From Camelus dromedarius (taxonomy: Eukaryota): DNA of 64,000 nt. The DNA lies in assembly GCF_036321535.1 (NCBI RefSeq), contig NC_087437.1, positions 36,334,001-36,398,000 on the forward strand, in the 5' to 3' direction. Every line of letters starts with the position of its first letter. The first letter of the stretch is position 1. The translations under genes and the position numbers were made by a program. Below are positions 25,218 through 38,719 of the stretch, one piece after another. The notes beneath the pieces were generated by a model. The model did not search any database. It was not told the origin of the DNA and saw only the letters and a program-made list of their open reading frames with translations.

Positions 25218-26169
25218 CACTAGATTATTTCTTAAGAAACTCTTCTGTTCTGATATTCTATGATCTATTTATAATAATTATTTCAAAATGAGCCAACCTG
25301 TTTGGAAAGAAGAATAATGGAAATATAGTGTAATTAGATCTTCCTGTTCCTATATCCATGGAACCAAACTCCATAGATTCTTACTGAGAAATTGCTATCC
25401 CCAGACCTCTATGTTTAATTATAATCAGTTACCTGAAAATTATGATGGTAGGTTAATTGGTGGTAGATAGGGTGTTTGTTCTGATTCTCCTCCACCCTAA
25501 TTTTGCAGCACTACTTGGATCAGGCTTAGCAACTATTGCCACTGTAACCTCGCTCAGTTCCACATCTTACTTGACCTACACTGATGCTAGATCCTCAACT
25601 GGATGAAAAACTTTTTTATATCTATGATCAGCTACATTGTGTATCTAGGTCCTATGTCAGGCCCAATGGCAACTATCCAATTTGAGGCTAGGATTATATC
25701 ACACTTTAGATTTATAATTTCATTTTGAAATCACTTTTCTCCTAAAACCAAGTTCCACTGACTGAGAAACTCAAGGCATACTACATCTCCCAGTCAAACT
25801 AAAATTGACCCTTATCTTAAATCCTCTTTAATCTTCCAACAAAGTTGCTCTGTCCTCAGTCAGTCCTATATTGTCTCCACTCTCACTCTATAACATCTTG
25901 CATTAATAAAAGTTCCCATGTTATTTAAGTTAATTAAATAAAAGGTATTTATTGGGGTCAATTACTAGCTGAGTAAATTGGTAGATTGAAAATTACAGTT
26001 GGCAGATGTATAACTGCTTCCAAGTCATACTTCAGCAGAGATTACTGTGACATTGGAGGGCTTAACCAAGCCTCCCCTGTTCCCTTAGGATTGTTTCAAA
26101 TAGCATCAGATTTTATGACTAAGGTAATTTCTAAAGTGTTAGAAACCAAGTTAAATTCTGGGGATGTTT

Positions 26170-26400
26170 GTTTTGCTGAAAGCACAGATTTCAGAGTTAG
26201 ATTGATCTGTGTTCAAGCAATGATGATTCTCCTTGTCTTATTCATTTTACTAAGTTTCAGTCCCCCTTCTCTATTTTTAAATAGAAATAGAAATAATGGG
26301 ATTTATTGTAATTATTGCCATAATTAAATTAAATGAGTCTTATAACATGGTTAGCACAGTGGCACATGTTAAGTACAATAAATAATGGTTTTCATTACAA
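26170..26400 (+). mobile_element. MIR SINE
   Basis: aaagcacagatttcagagttagattgatctgtgttcaa ... ttagcacagtggcacatgttaagtacaataaataatg. Confidence 0.7.
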
Positions 26401-26999
26401 TGTTATTATTACTCATTTGTTCAGGGACTGGCAGCTTGAGGGACAATATTAGCACTATTCCTAGGGCTTCTGCATTAAATAATATGTCTTTCTATGAGAA
26501 TTGGCTTAACCGTCTAAATATCACTGAACTGAGAAAAAATCTTTGGTATCTAATGAAGAAAAATAAAATAATGAATCAGAAATGTAGAGTCACTTTAAAA
26601 ACAGAGACTATACTCTGGTTTCTCTTCAGATTAAATAAATCTTTAGCCTTAAAAAACAAAAACAAACAAACAAACAACAACAACAACAAAAAAAAAAAAA
26701 CAAAGAACATACCAGATAAGAGGTTTAAGTTTTTCTTACATTATAGTCAGAGTCAGCCACATTGTGACTACAGTGCTTTGCTTGAGACTCAGCATAATTT
26801 TAACATATTATAGCAGATAATAAGTTTTATAAATAGATAAAGCAATAACTTCATAGAGTAAGACTCAAAATCAAAAATTAATAGAAAGAAAGAAATGAGG
26901 CTGAATCATACAACAAGATTTCTGGTCTATAAAGGGATATTATTCAATAGATGATAACAAATTATTTTTATTTCATTATCTAAAATGGAAGATGAGAAA

Positions 27000-27215
27000 G
27001 GTGATTAAGCTGCAGTGTGGAGGGTATAAGCTAAATATATGAAGGATTTCTTCATAGTCAGGAGTATTAAACATAAAAATGGGCTACCCAAGAAGGATGT
27101 CTTTTACAAGGAAAGAGATATTCATTATCAACAGTAGTTCAAATGTGGTCTTGCCTGAAGATTAGAAAATGGACTTGACAGCATTTCACAGTTCCAGTAC
27201 AGTCCTGTGACTCTT
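27000..27215 (+). mobile_element. L3/CR1 LINE 3' end
   Basis: taagctaaatatatgaaggatttcttcatagtcaggagtattaaacataaaaatgggctacccaag ... atggacttgacagcatttcacagttcc. Confidence 0.6.
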
Positions 27216-27689
27216 AGAATAAATATTTAAGTAAATGTAACTATATTTTTCACAGTGGAAAGACTGTGTGCTTTCAGGAAGGATTACCAGTCATATTTTA
27301 ACATCCTCTTCACAAATTCACATTTATGGTACTCCCCTGAAGAGATACTTACATCCTCTTACAAGTCAGTTCCTATAGAGGCTCTAAACACAAACTCTGT
27401 TCCATATTTCCTTTATCTGGATTTGATGCTGAGCTCAGTGGGCATTAGAGTTTTTAAATGAATACATTTCAGAAGCATTGAGAAATGAACTTTAAATAGC
27501 TTATATTGCTCATAAAGCCTCTGGCCTTTAGGGTAAAAAAATATCAGTGCATTCCAAGGAAATACTGTTTGCTGTTCCTTAAACTTTTAAAAATAAAATG
27601 TTAGGAAGGAGGGTTTTTTATTGAGGGGAGGACATACAAACATGAAGTGCAGGAGGAAAGGAAGAGTGTGTGGCAACGGATTGGAATTG

Positions 27690-30600
27690 TGAATATCAAC
27701 ATGAAATTATGAATATTTGTATATATGTCAACAGATACTTACATATTTATAAATATGTGTATGTATGTATATATGTAATAAATACACACATATATATTTA
27801 TGTGTGTATGTAACTCATAGCTCTACCTACTGAAATGGCCTAAAAGCAATGAGATAACAGTATCAATAATAAAACAGAGGTCCTTGTACATATTAATAAT
27901 TCTAGTGCTGGGACAGGGAAAATACAAGAAGAACCTGAAACATCTTACTGTATCAGAAAGTCAGGATGTGCTCAAAAACTGATGGGATTTAAAAACTGTT
28001 AACGTAACCAGATCAAAGGGGTAAAAAAGAGTCTCAAAAAAGGACAAACCATGGAGAGAAGTAAAATAATATTTTACACACACTTTTTCAAGCAGGGCCT
28101 TTTCTGCTCCAGGGCACAGAGACTACAGATATGGGCCAAGAAGTGAGGCAGGGACTCTCATTAAGAAGAAGTGAGATCAGCAGAGCTTTAGCAGTCTCAT
28201 GGGTCTGAAAAGGCAAAAATGAGAAACTTGCCAGTTTCCAGTGAAAAGGAAGAGGAGAGAACTAAACTGAAGCTGTACTACTTTTCCTCTCAAGATGTCT
28301 GCCAGATGTTCAAACTGTACAATGCAGGAGAGGAAGGAGGAAAGCAGAAAGCCTTTGAAAAGCAGACTGCAATTTTTGGCTGTCTCACCGACCTAGGAAG
28401 ACAAGAGTTAATTTTAGGATCTGCCTGAGTAAGGAGCCCAGGAGAATATCCCACCCTTACCAGCTCACTTCTGATTAAGATAATCAGCCCATGCTATAGA
28501 AAAGGGAAACGGTGAACTCTTGAAGGAAAATAATGCCATCCTGAGCTATAATTTTTTTTCAGTAAAAATGTACAACATTTAATCATGAATAAGGAACTAT
28601 GACCAATAGACATACATACACACACACACACACACACGGACACAAAACACACATTAGAAACAGACCTATAGAAGGATCCGGACACTGAAGTTAACAATTA
28701 TTTTGATATACGTACAATTAATGTTTTCAAGAAAATAAAGGGAAATGAGGGATTATAAATGAAGATGGGTAGCTCTGCCACAGAATGTGACCTACCTCAA
28801 ATTAGAACGGGAAGATACAGTAACTGGAATTGAAATCCCAATAGACTAGTATATATCAGGAGATTACATAGTGCAGAAGGGAAGACTAGTGAACTAAAAG
28901 ATATTTAAGTAGGGCAAATAAAAACTGAAGTATGCATCGGAGGGCAACGAGTGAAAAGAAGGAAAAAAGCACAAGAAATGTGAAATACAGAAGACATGGC
29001 ATGTAATTATATTCTCACATGTAGGGGAGAAAATGAATGATTTGGAAGCAACATTTCTTCATCTACGAGGATGCAGGTATGTTTTTTGAAGACTGTTACT
29101 GGCAACAAGATGTAAGACAGAAAACCTCTTTTGTCTTTACTTCTACATGTGAATAATCTTTGAATCTCTGCCACATAGAATTTATCAATATTCAGAACCA
29201 AGTTTACCTCAAATAGCATCAGAGTTTTGGCAAACATCTATGAGCTCTCTGACTGGAGTTTGTGGTTAAAAATGAAAAGAGCCAGATTGATCCAGGTTCA
29301 AATTTTTATGTAACTCTGCCCAGGTCTCTCTACTTCTCTGGGCATTGGTTTCTTTGCTTGTAATATGGCTATTTTTAATGCTACCTATCCCATCTAGTTA
29401 TTATGAGGATTGCATGTACATGTAAAGAAACTAGCACATAATGCATACTTAATAAATGCAGATTTATTCCTCCAACCCATCTCAAAAAAAAAAAAAAAAA
29501 TCTGGTGGTAGCCTATCAAAATGTGCTTCCACTGGCAAATTTGGAATTTCTTTTAGCCTCAAACATGAAAGTAGTGAACCAGTGAATTATCAAAAAAGAA
29601 ACTATTCTGAAACTAAAAAGCAAGGATAGGGTGGATAAAAAATGAACTCTTCTTTATGGGAGATTGTCAGATAATACATTCAGAAAGAATCAGAAAGTGA
29701 CTTTACACCTTTCTCTGTAGTAATTTGATTAAGGAAAAAATTGTTAACAAATACTAAAGTCATTTGGTGAAAAGTGTTTTTAGGGAAGATATTCAAACAA
29801 AAATGTCACCTGAATGGACCACTGCGCAACTATAAAGGTAGAAAGACATGTTTATAATTGTTGAAGGATATAATAAACTTTCCACAATGCAGGCCCTTGA
29901 ATTAAAAAAAAGGGGGGGGCAGTTGGAAGCAGAAGTCCATGAAAAAGAACAAAAAAGAAACTATTCAAATAAAGATGGCCTTTTTACCACCTTAATTGAT
30001 TAAATTTAACAACAAAAATAGAGCGACTGATATCAGGTAATTTCTGAGGAGATACTCTGAGAAGGGCAGATCTATGTAAACTTGTTGACCAAAATTTTTT
30101 TTTACCAAACTTAACCATGACAGAAAGAATCAGACAAATTGAAATTGAAAGACTTCTGAAAAAAAAAAACAAAAAAAAACAAAAAAAAAAAAACCCAAGA
30201 CAAAACAATCCAAAAACAAAAGCCCAGCATGGACTTTAAGCAATTCCAGTGAATAGTGGAAGAATGAGTCTTGATTAAAGGAGACTAAAGAGACATTATA
30301 ATATTATACATATTCATTATACTTTCCTTGAATGGTTCAGGTTTCTTTAAAAAGGCACTTTCATAAAGACATTTTTGGAGTGACTGAAAAATTTGAATAT
30401 GAGTCTATACATTATTTAATACGTGATACATTATCAATATTAAATTACTGAGTGTGAACCAATATTAGATGAATGAGTGCATCATGGGTGTATTTTAGAA
30501 TATTTATTGCCAGGAGATAAATATTTAGGTTTAAAGTTTTTAGGTTTAAAATAGTAATATGTAAGTTTTGATGAATCATTTGAAAATTAGTTATAATTTT

Positions 30601-30760
30601 CATAGAAAGAAAAAGAAAAGTAAAGTAAATATGATAAAATATTAACAATTGGTGAATATATATTCCTTTATGAAAGTGAATATTTATTATACTGTTCTAA
30701 TTTTCTCTGATTTCTAGATTTTTCAAAAAATCAAACTGAAAAGAAAAAATTTAAAGAAAT
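27690..30760 (+). mobile_element. Cluster of old L1 fragments (3' UTR and 5'/ORF1 pieces), with a MIR at about 29260-29460 and simple repeats
   Basis: L1MC/MD-type UTR motifs (tagctctacctactgaaatggcctaaaagcaatgag; gattaaaggagactaaagagacat) and an ORF1-like stretch at 28680-29000. Confidence 0.65.
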
Positions 30761-31084
30761 GAACATCCTACACCAAATTAACATGACCATGTTACTTATT
30801 TTTTATTGACTGTTTTTTACCTTATTTATTTTCCATCTTCTATCAGAATTTTAATGTGTAAGAACTTGGCTATTACATTACAAAAAATTGTATCCTAGTC
30901 CTACATCTACTGCTTATAATCGCTGTGATTTGAGCAATTATTTAATCTCTCTGAATCTCATATTCCTTTTTTTTTACAAAATGTAATAACAATTGTGCTT
31001 ATCACATAGGTGTGTTTCAAGTATTAACTGAGTTGTTTGGCAAACATAGTATGATACCGTTAACCACTATAAAGAGCTGCAACG

Positions 31085-31350
31085 GAGAATGCTTGGATTC
31101 TCCCACCTTCGGTTTTCTCCTCTTCTTTCTGGGCAAAGAACTTGACTACATTTCCTTGCTCTTGTAATTATGTAGGGCCATTTGGCCACCGGAATGAAAG
31201 AAGCGGTATATTTCACTCCCAAGCCTGACCTTAAAATGTCTTGGCAATTTTCCATGTCCTAACACTTTCTTGTTTGCTACATCCAGTGAAAAACTCTGAG
31301 ACTCTAAAAGATGCAAGAATTGGTGTCCAGTTTCCTGAATCACTACGTGT
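31085..31350 (+). mobile_element. MLT1 (I/J-like) LTR fragment preceded by a MIR (about 30890-31060)
   Basis: gactacatttccttgctcttgtaattatgtagggccat...ttcactcccaagcctgaccttaaaa...ttcctgaatcactacgtg. Confidence 0.65.
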
Positions 31351-31849
31351 TTATTTAAAAAAATACATTTTTGTAATTATTCTAATCTTTCTACAATTTT
31401 GCAAACATTTACATTTATTTACTTTAAAAAAGTAAAATGAATAAACAACAAAAAAACTGTGTGGGAGGAATTTATGATTTTTTACTATATATCTGTATCT
31501 TTTTCATAATACATCCTGACCTAAAAATGCTCAATTTTTTTTTAAAATTTCATTTATCAATTAAAACACCCTCAACCATGTCTTTTATTGCTTATGATGA
31601 TAATAATTTCCTCTATTATTTTCTCAAAGCATTGATAATATTTAATATACATGATTTTATAATAGATATAATAGTAATATGTTTTAGTATTCTTTATATT
31701 AGAGTTATTTAATTATGTTATCATTAAAGATACTGAATTGCTCTGAAACTAGCATTCCTTACCATTCCTGAATTCTCACAGAAGTTGGTATTCATTAAAT
31801 ATCTATTAAAATTAAACTGATCTACCAAAATTAAGAAACTCAATTTTGC

Positions 31850-32580
31850 AATTCTACTTTTTGAAACACTCTTGCTTTATTTGTTTGTTCACAACATTCT
31901 CTAGTTTTTCTCCTGCTTTTCTTGGCCCCTTCTCTGCTTTCTTTGCAGGTGTATTATTTCTGATGGCACAGCAAATTTTTATATCAATTAAGTTGGAGAA
32001 AATAGGGATGTTATAAACAGCCAATTGTGAAGTTAATTCTAAAATTAATATGGGTATATTCTTACCATCTTATTGTATATACTCTTCCTGGACAACCTCT
32101 TCCATGAACATGCATCTATGCACCTCAGATTGATCATTTAAGTGTGTATCTCCTATCTAAACCCATATCTTCAACTGGCTACTTGTCACTTTTTCTTGGA
32201 TTTCTAAAAAGTAACTCTAGGTCACTATGTCCACCATAAAATTCATAATCCCAGCCTTCACATCCTAATTTGTCTTTTGCTAATATTGATTTTAAACACA
32301 GTGATACCACCATCCATTTAAATGTATTAGCCATAAATCTAGACTCACTCTTCCTCCTACTGATCAATCACCAAACTCTGTCAATTTTGCCTTCTAAACC
32401 TCTCTTATTTATTTTCTACATCCATTCCAGTCAAGGTTACCACTCAGTTCCATGTGGTCTGCATGGACAGCTGTCATAGACCACTCCTCGTTTTATCTGC
32501 ACCTATCTTCCACTTCCTGCAACCCACCATATATACTATGACCATTTAAAAACACAAATATGAACATTATTCATCACTGT
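31850..32580 (+). mobile_element. L2 fragment
   Basis: Pyrimidine-rich L2 body: gataccaccatccatttaaatgtattagccataaatctagactcactcttcctcct. Confidence 0.65.
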
Positions 32581-33254
32581 GATAGTTTTATGTAGATATA
32601 TATTTAGAAGAGTTAGAGTTTTTAAAATAGTTTATGGTATAGGTCAACTTTAGTCTTTCAATTAGGTTTTTAAATTTTTATCATTATTTGAATCATAACT
32701 ATTTTATATTTAGTGTTGAAATTCTTTACTTAAACTTAAAAAAAAAATAAAACTAGCTTAAAAGGGTGAACTATTCCCAATAAGCAAAATAATTGGAGCA
32801 AAGGAGCATACTAGCTCTTTAAAACCGACGCTCAAAGCTCCAGGATAATTCAAAAGGAAGTTTAGAAATATTCCTCAATAATCACTCTTTCAATAAAATT
32901 GTACCTATATTAGGAATAAATTCATTATTTAAAGTTATGTAATAAATAATTTTATGAAGATAGAACAATTACTATTTGTAAATAACAATTTCCAAGGTAT
33001 TGCTATTGAACTAACTATTCCATTTTCAAATTGGATATTCTCTTTATATTGAGCAATCACTCTTCCTATGCTGCAGTGAGTAATGAAACAAATAGATTAT
33101 AATTTTACTTAGAATGATCTCTAGGAGTAGCCAAAATATTCTGATTTTTCTTAAGACATCAATGTCCTCACATATTGAACAATAAAAATTAATACAGTGT
33201 AGAAGCCTAATATTGAACTGTCATCACTGATGACCAGTTCTAAATGCTACTTAC

Positions 33255-33308
33255 TCCAGGAGAAAACCTGAAAGGAAACTTGTTTTGATTATTCCATCCT
33301 CTGAAATC
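33255..33308 (-). pseudogene. Exon relic (54 nt)
   Basis: Acceptor atcattatacag|G, donor GGA|gtaagt; two frames open (DFRGWNNQNKFPFRFSPG / ISEDGIIKTSFLSGFLL). Confidence 0.45.
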
Positions 33309-33842
33309 CTGTATAATGATACTAACTAAACTAAACTAAATTAGCATTAACTAATTTGTTCTTGTATTATATTGATAAATACATATATGTCTGCCTTTCT
33401 AATTCAAACAATTCATAGCAGAGGGCTAATCTTACTCATCTTTATCACATTCTCAATGTTTACAGTCATTAGCATCTGGAGGGGATACTACTCATTGCAA
33501 CAATTTTATTTGAGACATTTAGTAAGAGGGAATTGTTTGAATCCATTAGCATTTCAAGTAAGTGATGTTACAGAGCATTGAGAAAAAGCTTAAAAGCTAT
33601 TGTTCACATTTTGAATTTTCTAAAATAATGGAATCAAAAGTCAGTACCTGTGCTTGTGTTTCTCCTTTAAAAAATATAAGACCTGAAAGGAATTTATGTT
33701 AGAATTTTGTGAGTGCATAGCTTGATTGTGGATATATTTATACTCGGAGCCAATGAAAATAAAAGATTCAAATGTGTAATTTTATCAATTAAATATAACT
33801 TTCCTAAGTTGGCTTTAGGAGCAGTTACTTTTCAAATACATT

Positions 33843-34192
33843 TTATTAGTTTGCAAGGGCTTCCATAACAAAGTACAGATTAGGTGGTTTAAACAACAGA
33901 ATTTTTTTTTTTTTTCACAGTCAAGAATCAAGGTATCATTGGGGTTGGTTTCTTCTTACACCTCCCACCTAGGTTTGCAGATGTCCATCTTCCTCTGGTG
34001 TTCCCGTATGATCCTTCTCTCTGTGAGTATCTGTGTCCTAACCTCCTCTTCTTATAAGGACATCAATCCCATTGGATTAAGGACCCACCCTGAAGACCTG
34101 ATACTAATTTACTTTTCGTTTTTAAGACTCTATGAATACAGTCACATTTTGAAGTGCTAGAGCTTAGAGGGACACAACTTTGTCCCTGATAT
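33843..34192 (-). mobile_element. MLT1B/C-like MaLR LTR
   Basis: tattagtttgcaagggcttccataacaaagtac...tcttcttataaggacatcaatcccattggattaaggacccaccct. Confidence 0.85.
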
Positions 34193-34390
34193 AAACATTT
34201 ATAATATAAATATAAATATTTCCAACTTTGTCATTTCAATCATGGAAATGTGTAATAGATTGTGATTTTGGAGTCAGACAACCATAGGGAAGTGAGAAAT
34301 CACTTCCACAGCTTTGAAAAAGGTTCTGTGTATTTTGATATTTCCCCTCCTGTTCGGGTGTTAAAGTAAAGGCATGATTGGATAACTTAC

Positions 34391-34570
34391 TTGAGTGATT
34401 TATGGTTTTAAAGAAATTTCTAAAGGTTGAAAAGTTAACTAGACTTAAATGGCTGCATAGTTCATTCAATCAAGCCCTGACCATATGCACCTTGATGTGC
34501 TTTGTTTTCTATCCATCTGATGAAGACTTCTCCGATATTTAAAGCAATGTGAGCCTCTTCAATTCATCAA
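34391..34570 (-). pseudogene. Exon relic (acceptor not found)
   Basis: Donor CAA|gtaagt. Reads IEEAHIALNIGEVFIRWIENKAHQGAYGQGLIE*TMQPFKSS*LFNL*KFL*NHKSL. Confidence 0.4.
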
Positions 34571-35105
34571 TATAATACAGAAAAATTAATAAATGCCAAA
34601 CACAGTCACAAAATTATTTATATGAAAATGCATACTGTAATTTAATTATGCTATCACAGTGGTCTTTAAAGTGCCTTCTATGAACTTCTGAGTGTCCCTA
34701 AGACCATTTTAGGAAGTCAGTAAGATTAAAAATATTTTTTGTAATAACAGCAAAGCATTTTGCTGAACTGAAGTTTGCACTAATGTTGCAAAAGCAATTT
34801 TAAATAAAAATTATGGCACCTTGGCATGAATAAAAGTAGTGGCACTCAACTATACTAGTATTATATTTTTCTTATCGTGAACTTACAGTAAAGGCATGTA
34901 GGTTTCACTTAACGATGTCTTTGATGAAACAGTGCAAGTTATTGATTTGATTAAATTTGACTCCAAAGTACATGTTTTTCAATATTCTGTGTGAGGAAAT
35001 GGAAACTTCATCAAGTGCTTCTGCTGCCTGAATGTGATGGTTGTTCTCAGGAAAAGCACCTGTGTGAAAGGGGCAGGTGGTTGTTTCAGCTGCAAGTTGA
35101 ATTAG

Positions 35106-37100
35106 TTTTTTTTTCCTAATGGGTTAATAAGTTTATCCCTTTACCCTTTCAGTTCCTATTTGCAGCACTCAATAATCCTTTGAAATACCAGACAGACCTG
35201 GCAGTGGGCAAGAATAAATTTCATACCTCTAGAGTTTAAAAGTTCAGGTTCTCTGAGCATTCTGTGTTGCAGTGGTACTTGTCCAAAATTGGTACCTCCT
35301 TATAGTTAGGGAACTTGAAGTGTACCAGTGAAAAAGAGCATTTTCCCCTGCAAGGGGAAGAAAGAAAATCACTCCTCAAAACCCAGTAGATCTGGCTGTG
35401 AGGTCTTTCCTCCTGTTGCATCTCTTTAGGTTTGTATTTTGGCAATGGAATAAGAGAGACCGAAATCTAACCTGAGTTACAAGAAATAAGACAGGCAGTG
35501 ATGGCTATAAAGGGAGTGACCAGGAGCCACTGAGATTCTCCTTTACCTCCCACACCCAATATATGTGCTTCACAGAAAACAAAAATAACAGATCCACAAA
35601 ATACATAGCTAGAATTACAAAAATCCTTTCATCCAAGTGTGGTGGAATGCAGGAAGGGGAAGAGGGAGGGTAAATGGCACAAGGAGAAAAAACATTCAAA
35701 TCAGTCCAGGCAGGGATGGCTGATAAATGCTAGAAAAGAGCTGCAGAAAAACCGGTTGTCCTTCCTTTCGGATTTACCAGTGTTAAAAATTCACATACTG
35801 GTGTCAGGAAGGCTCTGCCTTACGCACACACCAGAGACAAAAATCGCAATGCCTCAGAAAGAAAGGAATGTGCAGAGGGCCCTTGGCAGAGTAGGTCCTG
35901 CCTTCCCTAGTCAGGGAGGTAAATAAGGAAAAGAACTACTAGGGAGTTCTTCCAATCCTAGCCATCCCCTCTGGGTGGCTGGCAACACAGTGGCCTGCAG
36001 CAACCTTCAGTTTGGCAGGAGACTGATGCATTGAGGGGAACTTCTCTGCAGAGGCTGAGCTAATTAGGGCACACTGCAGGTAGACTGTCTTGTGGAAGAA
36101 TCTGTTGCTTAAGAATCTGTTGCTGGAAAAGGTAGGCTTTGCCAGGGTTGGACTTCATTTGCACTGATAATGAATAAAGGAAAGAGGATAAAAAAGAGGC
36201 AGCCACCAATAATGTAAGAGGATTGCATTGCTGTGAGGAAAGCCAAGGACAAACCAAATCCAAAGTCATAAGGCTGATTCCTTTCTACAGACAATGGCTG
36301 GTGCACTTCAATTTCTTTACTGAACCAATGGTATTTAAAGCAATTATAGTAAATAGAGAAAGAGACATCTGCAGATTAACCAGTTGAGAGACTCACAAAC
36401 ATCCCCTGGATGAAGAAAACAGCCTGCAGCAAAAGGCTGTAGAGCATTTCAATAATTACTTGAAGACACTAGGGAATGGGCACTTCCTCCCTGATACCTC
36501 AAATACCAGATCAGCTGTATCCTGAAACCAAATCGCTTTCACAGCTTTGCTAAGCACAAAACAGGGTGAGCTCCCAAAGAGCAGTGAAAATCGATGTGAG
36601 GAACAGGTCCAGCCACGAGCAAACATCTCCAGGTAGTAATGGATCACCAATAACTGGGGCTCTCACTGACTGAAGATCAGGAATAAACACTTGATACAAC
36701 AAGAGAAGACTGAACCAGAATACTCTGCCATTCCAAGCGAAGCACAGGAAAATTCTACTAACAATACTTGGCTCACTCTTGCTTCCTCTCTATGCTCTGA
36801 GCTCTCCTCAGAGCCAGGACACTACTAGCCCTGATCCACCCTGCTCCTCTTTCTTTTGCTGAATCGGGGCGTCTAGCTTTGAGATGGTACAAATTCCCTA
36901 GATGCTGTCTTAAATGCCCCTGAAAGGTCCTGCAGATAGATTTTAGACACTGTCACCACGTCTTCCCCATGCAAACTACCGTCTACACTAAGGAGAGAGA
37001 GAAGCATCCTCAGTTCACAGCGAAGGACCGTAACTTCGCTACAGCGGCGGCTCAGGCTCTCCGCTCCTCCGTGACGGGAGGGGACGGCTGGCAAGTCCGG
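35106..37100 (-). pseudogene. EI24: Processed pseudogene of EI24 (etoposide-induced 2.4/PIG8) with 5' UTR, disrupted CDS (about 36959-35987) and 3' UTR
   Basis: Intronless. Peptides [26 protein letters not shown] and [37 protein letters not shown] and the C-terminal [11 protein letters not shown] match EI24. Start codon is ATG>GTG, with frameshifts. Poly(A) remnant at 35106-35114. Confidence 0.95.
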
Positions 37101-37552
37101 TTGTTTTTAATGAAAACCGTTTTCATCAGAAAGAACTTATGACAGACACACTATGCTCCTTCAGACTTGGCTGTTTGTAAAAAAGTAAAGAAACAGACTT
37201 GTTTCTTCAGGGAAAACAAATGATACTGCTGTGAATGGTAACATTTGAGTTTTTAACCAAGTATTAGAATTTTGCAAAACTTAATCTACCACTGAAACCT
37301 TCACACCTTGCTTATAAAGTTTTTGTTGATAAAATTGGAGGTAATAGTAGCAAATGTATTTGATGTTAAAGGCATGTCGGTATCTGGCACATATGCATAA
37401 CACAGTGAACCAATATATCCTTAATGACTGTAACATCACAAATGGACAGGAATGCAGTGGAAAGGCAAGACAGATCAATGGACCGTATTATAACAGTACA
37501 AAAAGTGAATTAATATGTTTTCAGATTCCATACGAAAGCAATTTTAAAGAAA

Positions 37553-38112
37553 CTGTTACCTACCCCTTCAAGTCGGGGCCCCAGCAGTCCTCCAGCTCAT
37601 GGTCGTTTGAGCCAATAGAAGGAGACCCAGTACTGTTCAGAAGCCAAGCTCTTTTCTTTTATCAAGAAAGAGAGCTGGAGCTGAAGCAGCAGGTACACGC
37701 TCTCTCCCACAGGCGGTGGGCGGGGCTGCTTTACCAGGGCCTCCTCTGTGGGGAAGGGGGCGGGGTCCTGGGGGGTTGGGCACAGCTGCGCTGCTCACAG
37801 TCCAGACTGCAGCGCGCGTGCGGCGTCTCTGCCCTCACGCCGCCGCCGCCATCTTGAGACACGGAGTCTCTACAGAGCTCTGGTCGCTGAGGTGCGCCAT
37901 GCCGCTTTTTCGCCTCTTCCCAAGAGAAACTCTGGTCTGAGGTGCAGGAGCAGGGGCTCTGCACGCAGCACTCCCCGGCACTGTGTGAGCAAGTGAGACT
38001 AGACTGAGCAAGAAGGAAACGAAGCAAAAAAGGTTAGACTTCATTTTATTATCTGGATTCTATTTTTATTTCCTGGAAATTGTTAATGGGCTTTGCCGCC
38101 GACAGAACTAAC
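37553..38112 (-). mobile_element. Solo LTR, MER74/MER73-like (ERVL)
   Basis: TG...CA termini interrupting Charlie1a; the minus strand begins tgttagttctg...cccattaacaatttccaggaaataaaaatagaatcc, contains aagatggcggc and ends ggggtaggtaaca. Confidence 0.7.
37690..37985. promoter_or_regulatory. Small CpG-dense island with GC boxes and a YY1-type motif
   Basis: About 21 CpGs counted in about 290 bp; GGGCGG twice; CGCCATCTTG; GCGCGCGTGCG. Confidence 0.5.
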
Positions 38113-38719
38113 ACCTGTCAAACTTGAGTGTGGACTCAAACATGTATATTCACATAGGTCTGTGTGAAGACGGGTTTTCTACATGAACTTTAACCAGAAC
38201 AAAACATGACTGACTGTGGAAATAAATATGAGAATCCACTTATAGTAGGAAAATCCATGAGATTGGCAGAAATGTAAAACAATGTCCTCTTATCTAATTC
38301 TTTTGGTTTTATAATATTTAATGTTCATTTAAATGTTTTTGTGATGAGTTAATTTTTATTTTATATGATGTAATTAGTATTTTTAAATTCCTCATTTTAA
38401 TTCCTAACGGGGAATAAATAAATAGACATACCACAATAAAAAAAGAAAAATCTCTCTGGGGTTGTAAATATTTTTAAGGATACTATAAAAATACTCTGAG
38501 AACTGAAAATTTAAGTGCTTCTGTCTATCAAAAGAAAATTACAGGATATAAAGTATTATTTTTAAATGTATTTGAAACATATGTAGTAGAGTTCATGGAA
38601 CAAATTTTAATAGAGTAGGATTATAATCCTCTTTCAGTCGCACCTCTGACTGTGAGTGTAATCTGATTTAGGAAAAAGTTATAAGTACCTTAGCTAGAAA
38701 TAAAACACTTGCTTTCAGA

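Larger units (their letters stand above)
34657..38523 (+). mobile_element. Charlie1a-like hAT DNA transposon in three pieces (34657-35105, 37101-37552, 38113-38523)
   Basis: 5' end cagtggtctttaaagtg; transposase-derived motifs tttgcactaatgttgcaaaagcaat, gacagacacactatgctccttcagacttgg, tctgtgtgaagacgggttttct; 3' end ctgagaactgaaaatttaagtgcttctg. The pieces are collinear. Confidence 0.9.

Noticed and set aside
26385..26813. 142-aa ORF
   Set aside because: Starts in a MIR tail and crosses an A-rich simple repeat; no coding signal.
23205..27428. Additional exon candidates at about 23205-23365, 26000-26125 and 27353-27428
   Set aside because: Splice signals are weak or present on both strands and frames are unresolved; not counted as firm features.
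37354..37857. Longest ORF (167 aa) and overlapping ORFs near 37700-38050 as real genes
   Set aside because: They run across a Charlie1a/LTR junction and GC-rich LTR sequence, so they are chance open frames.
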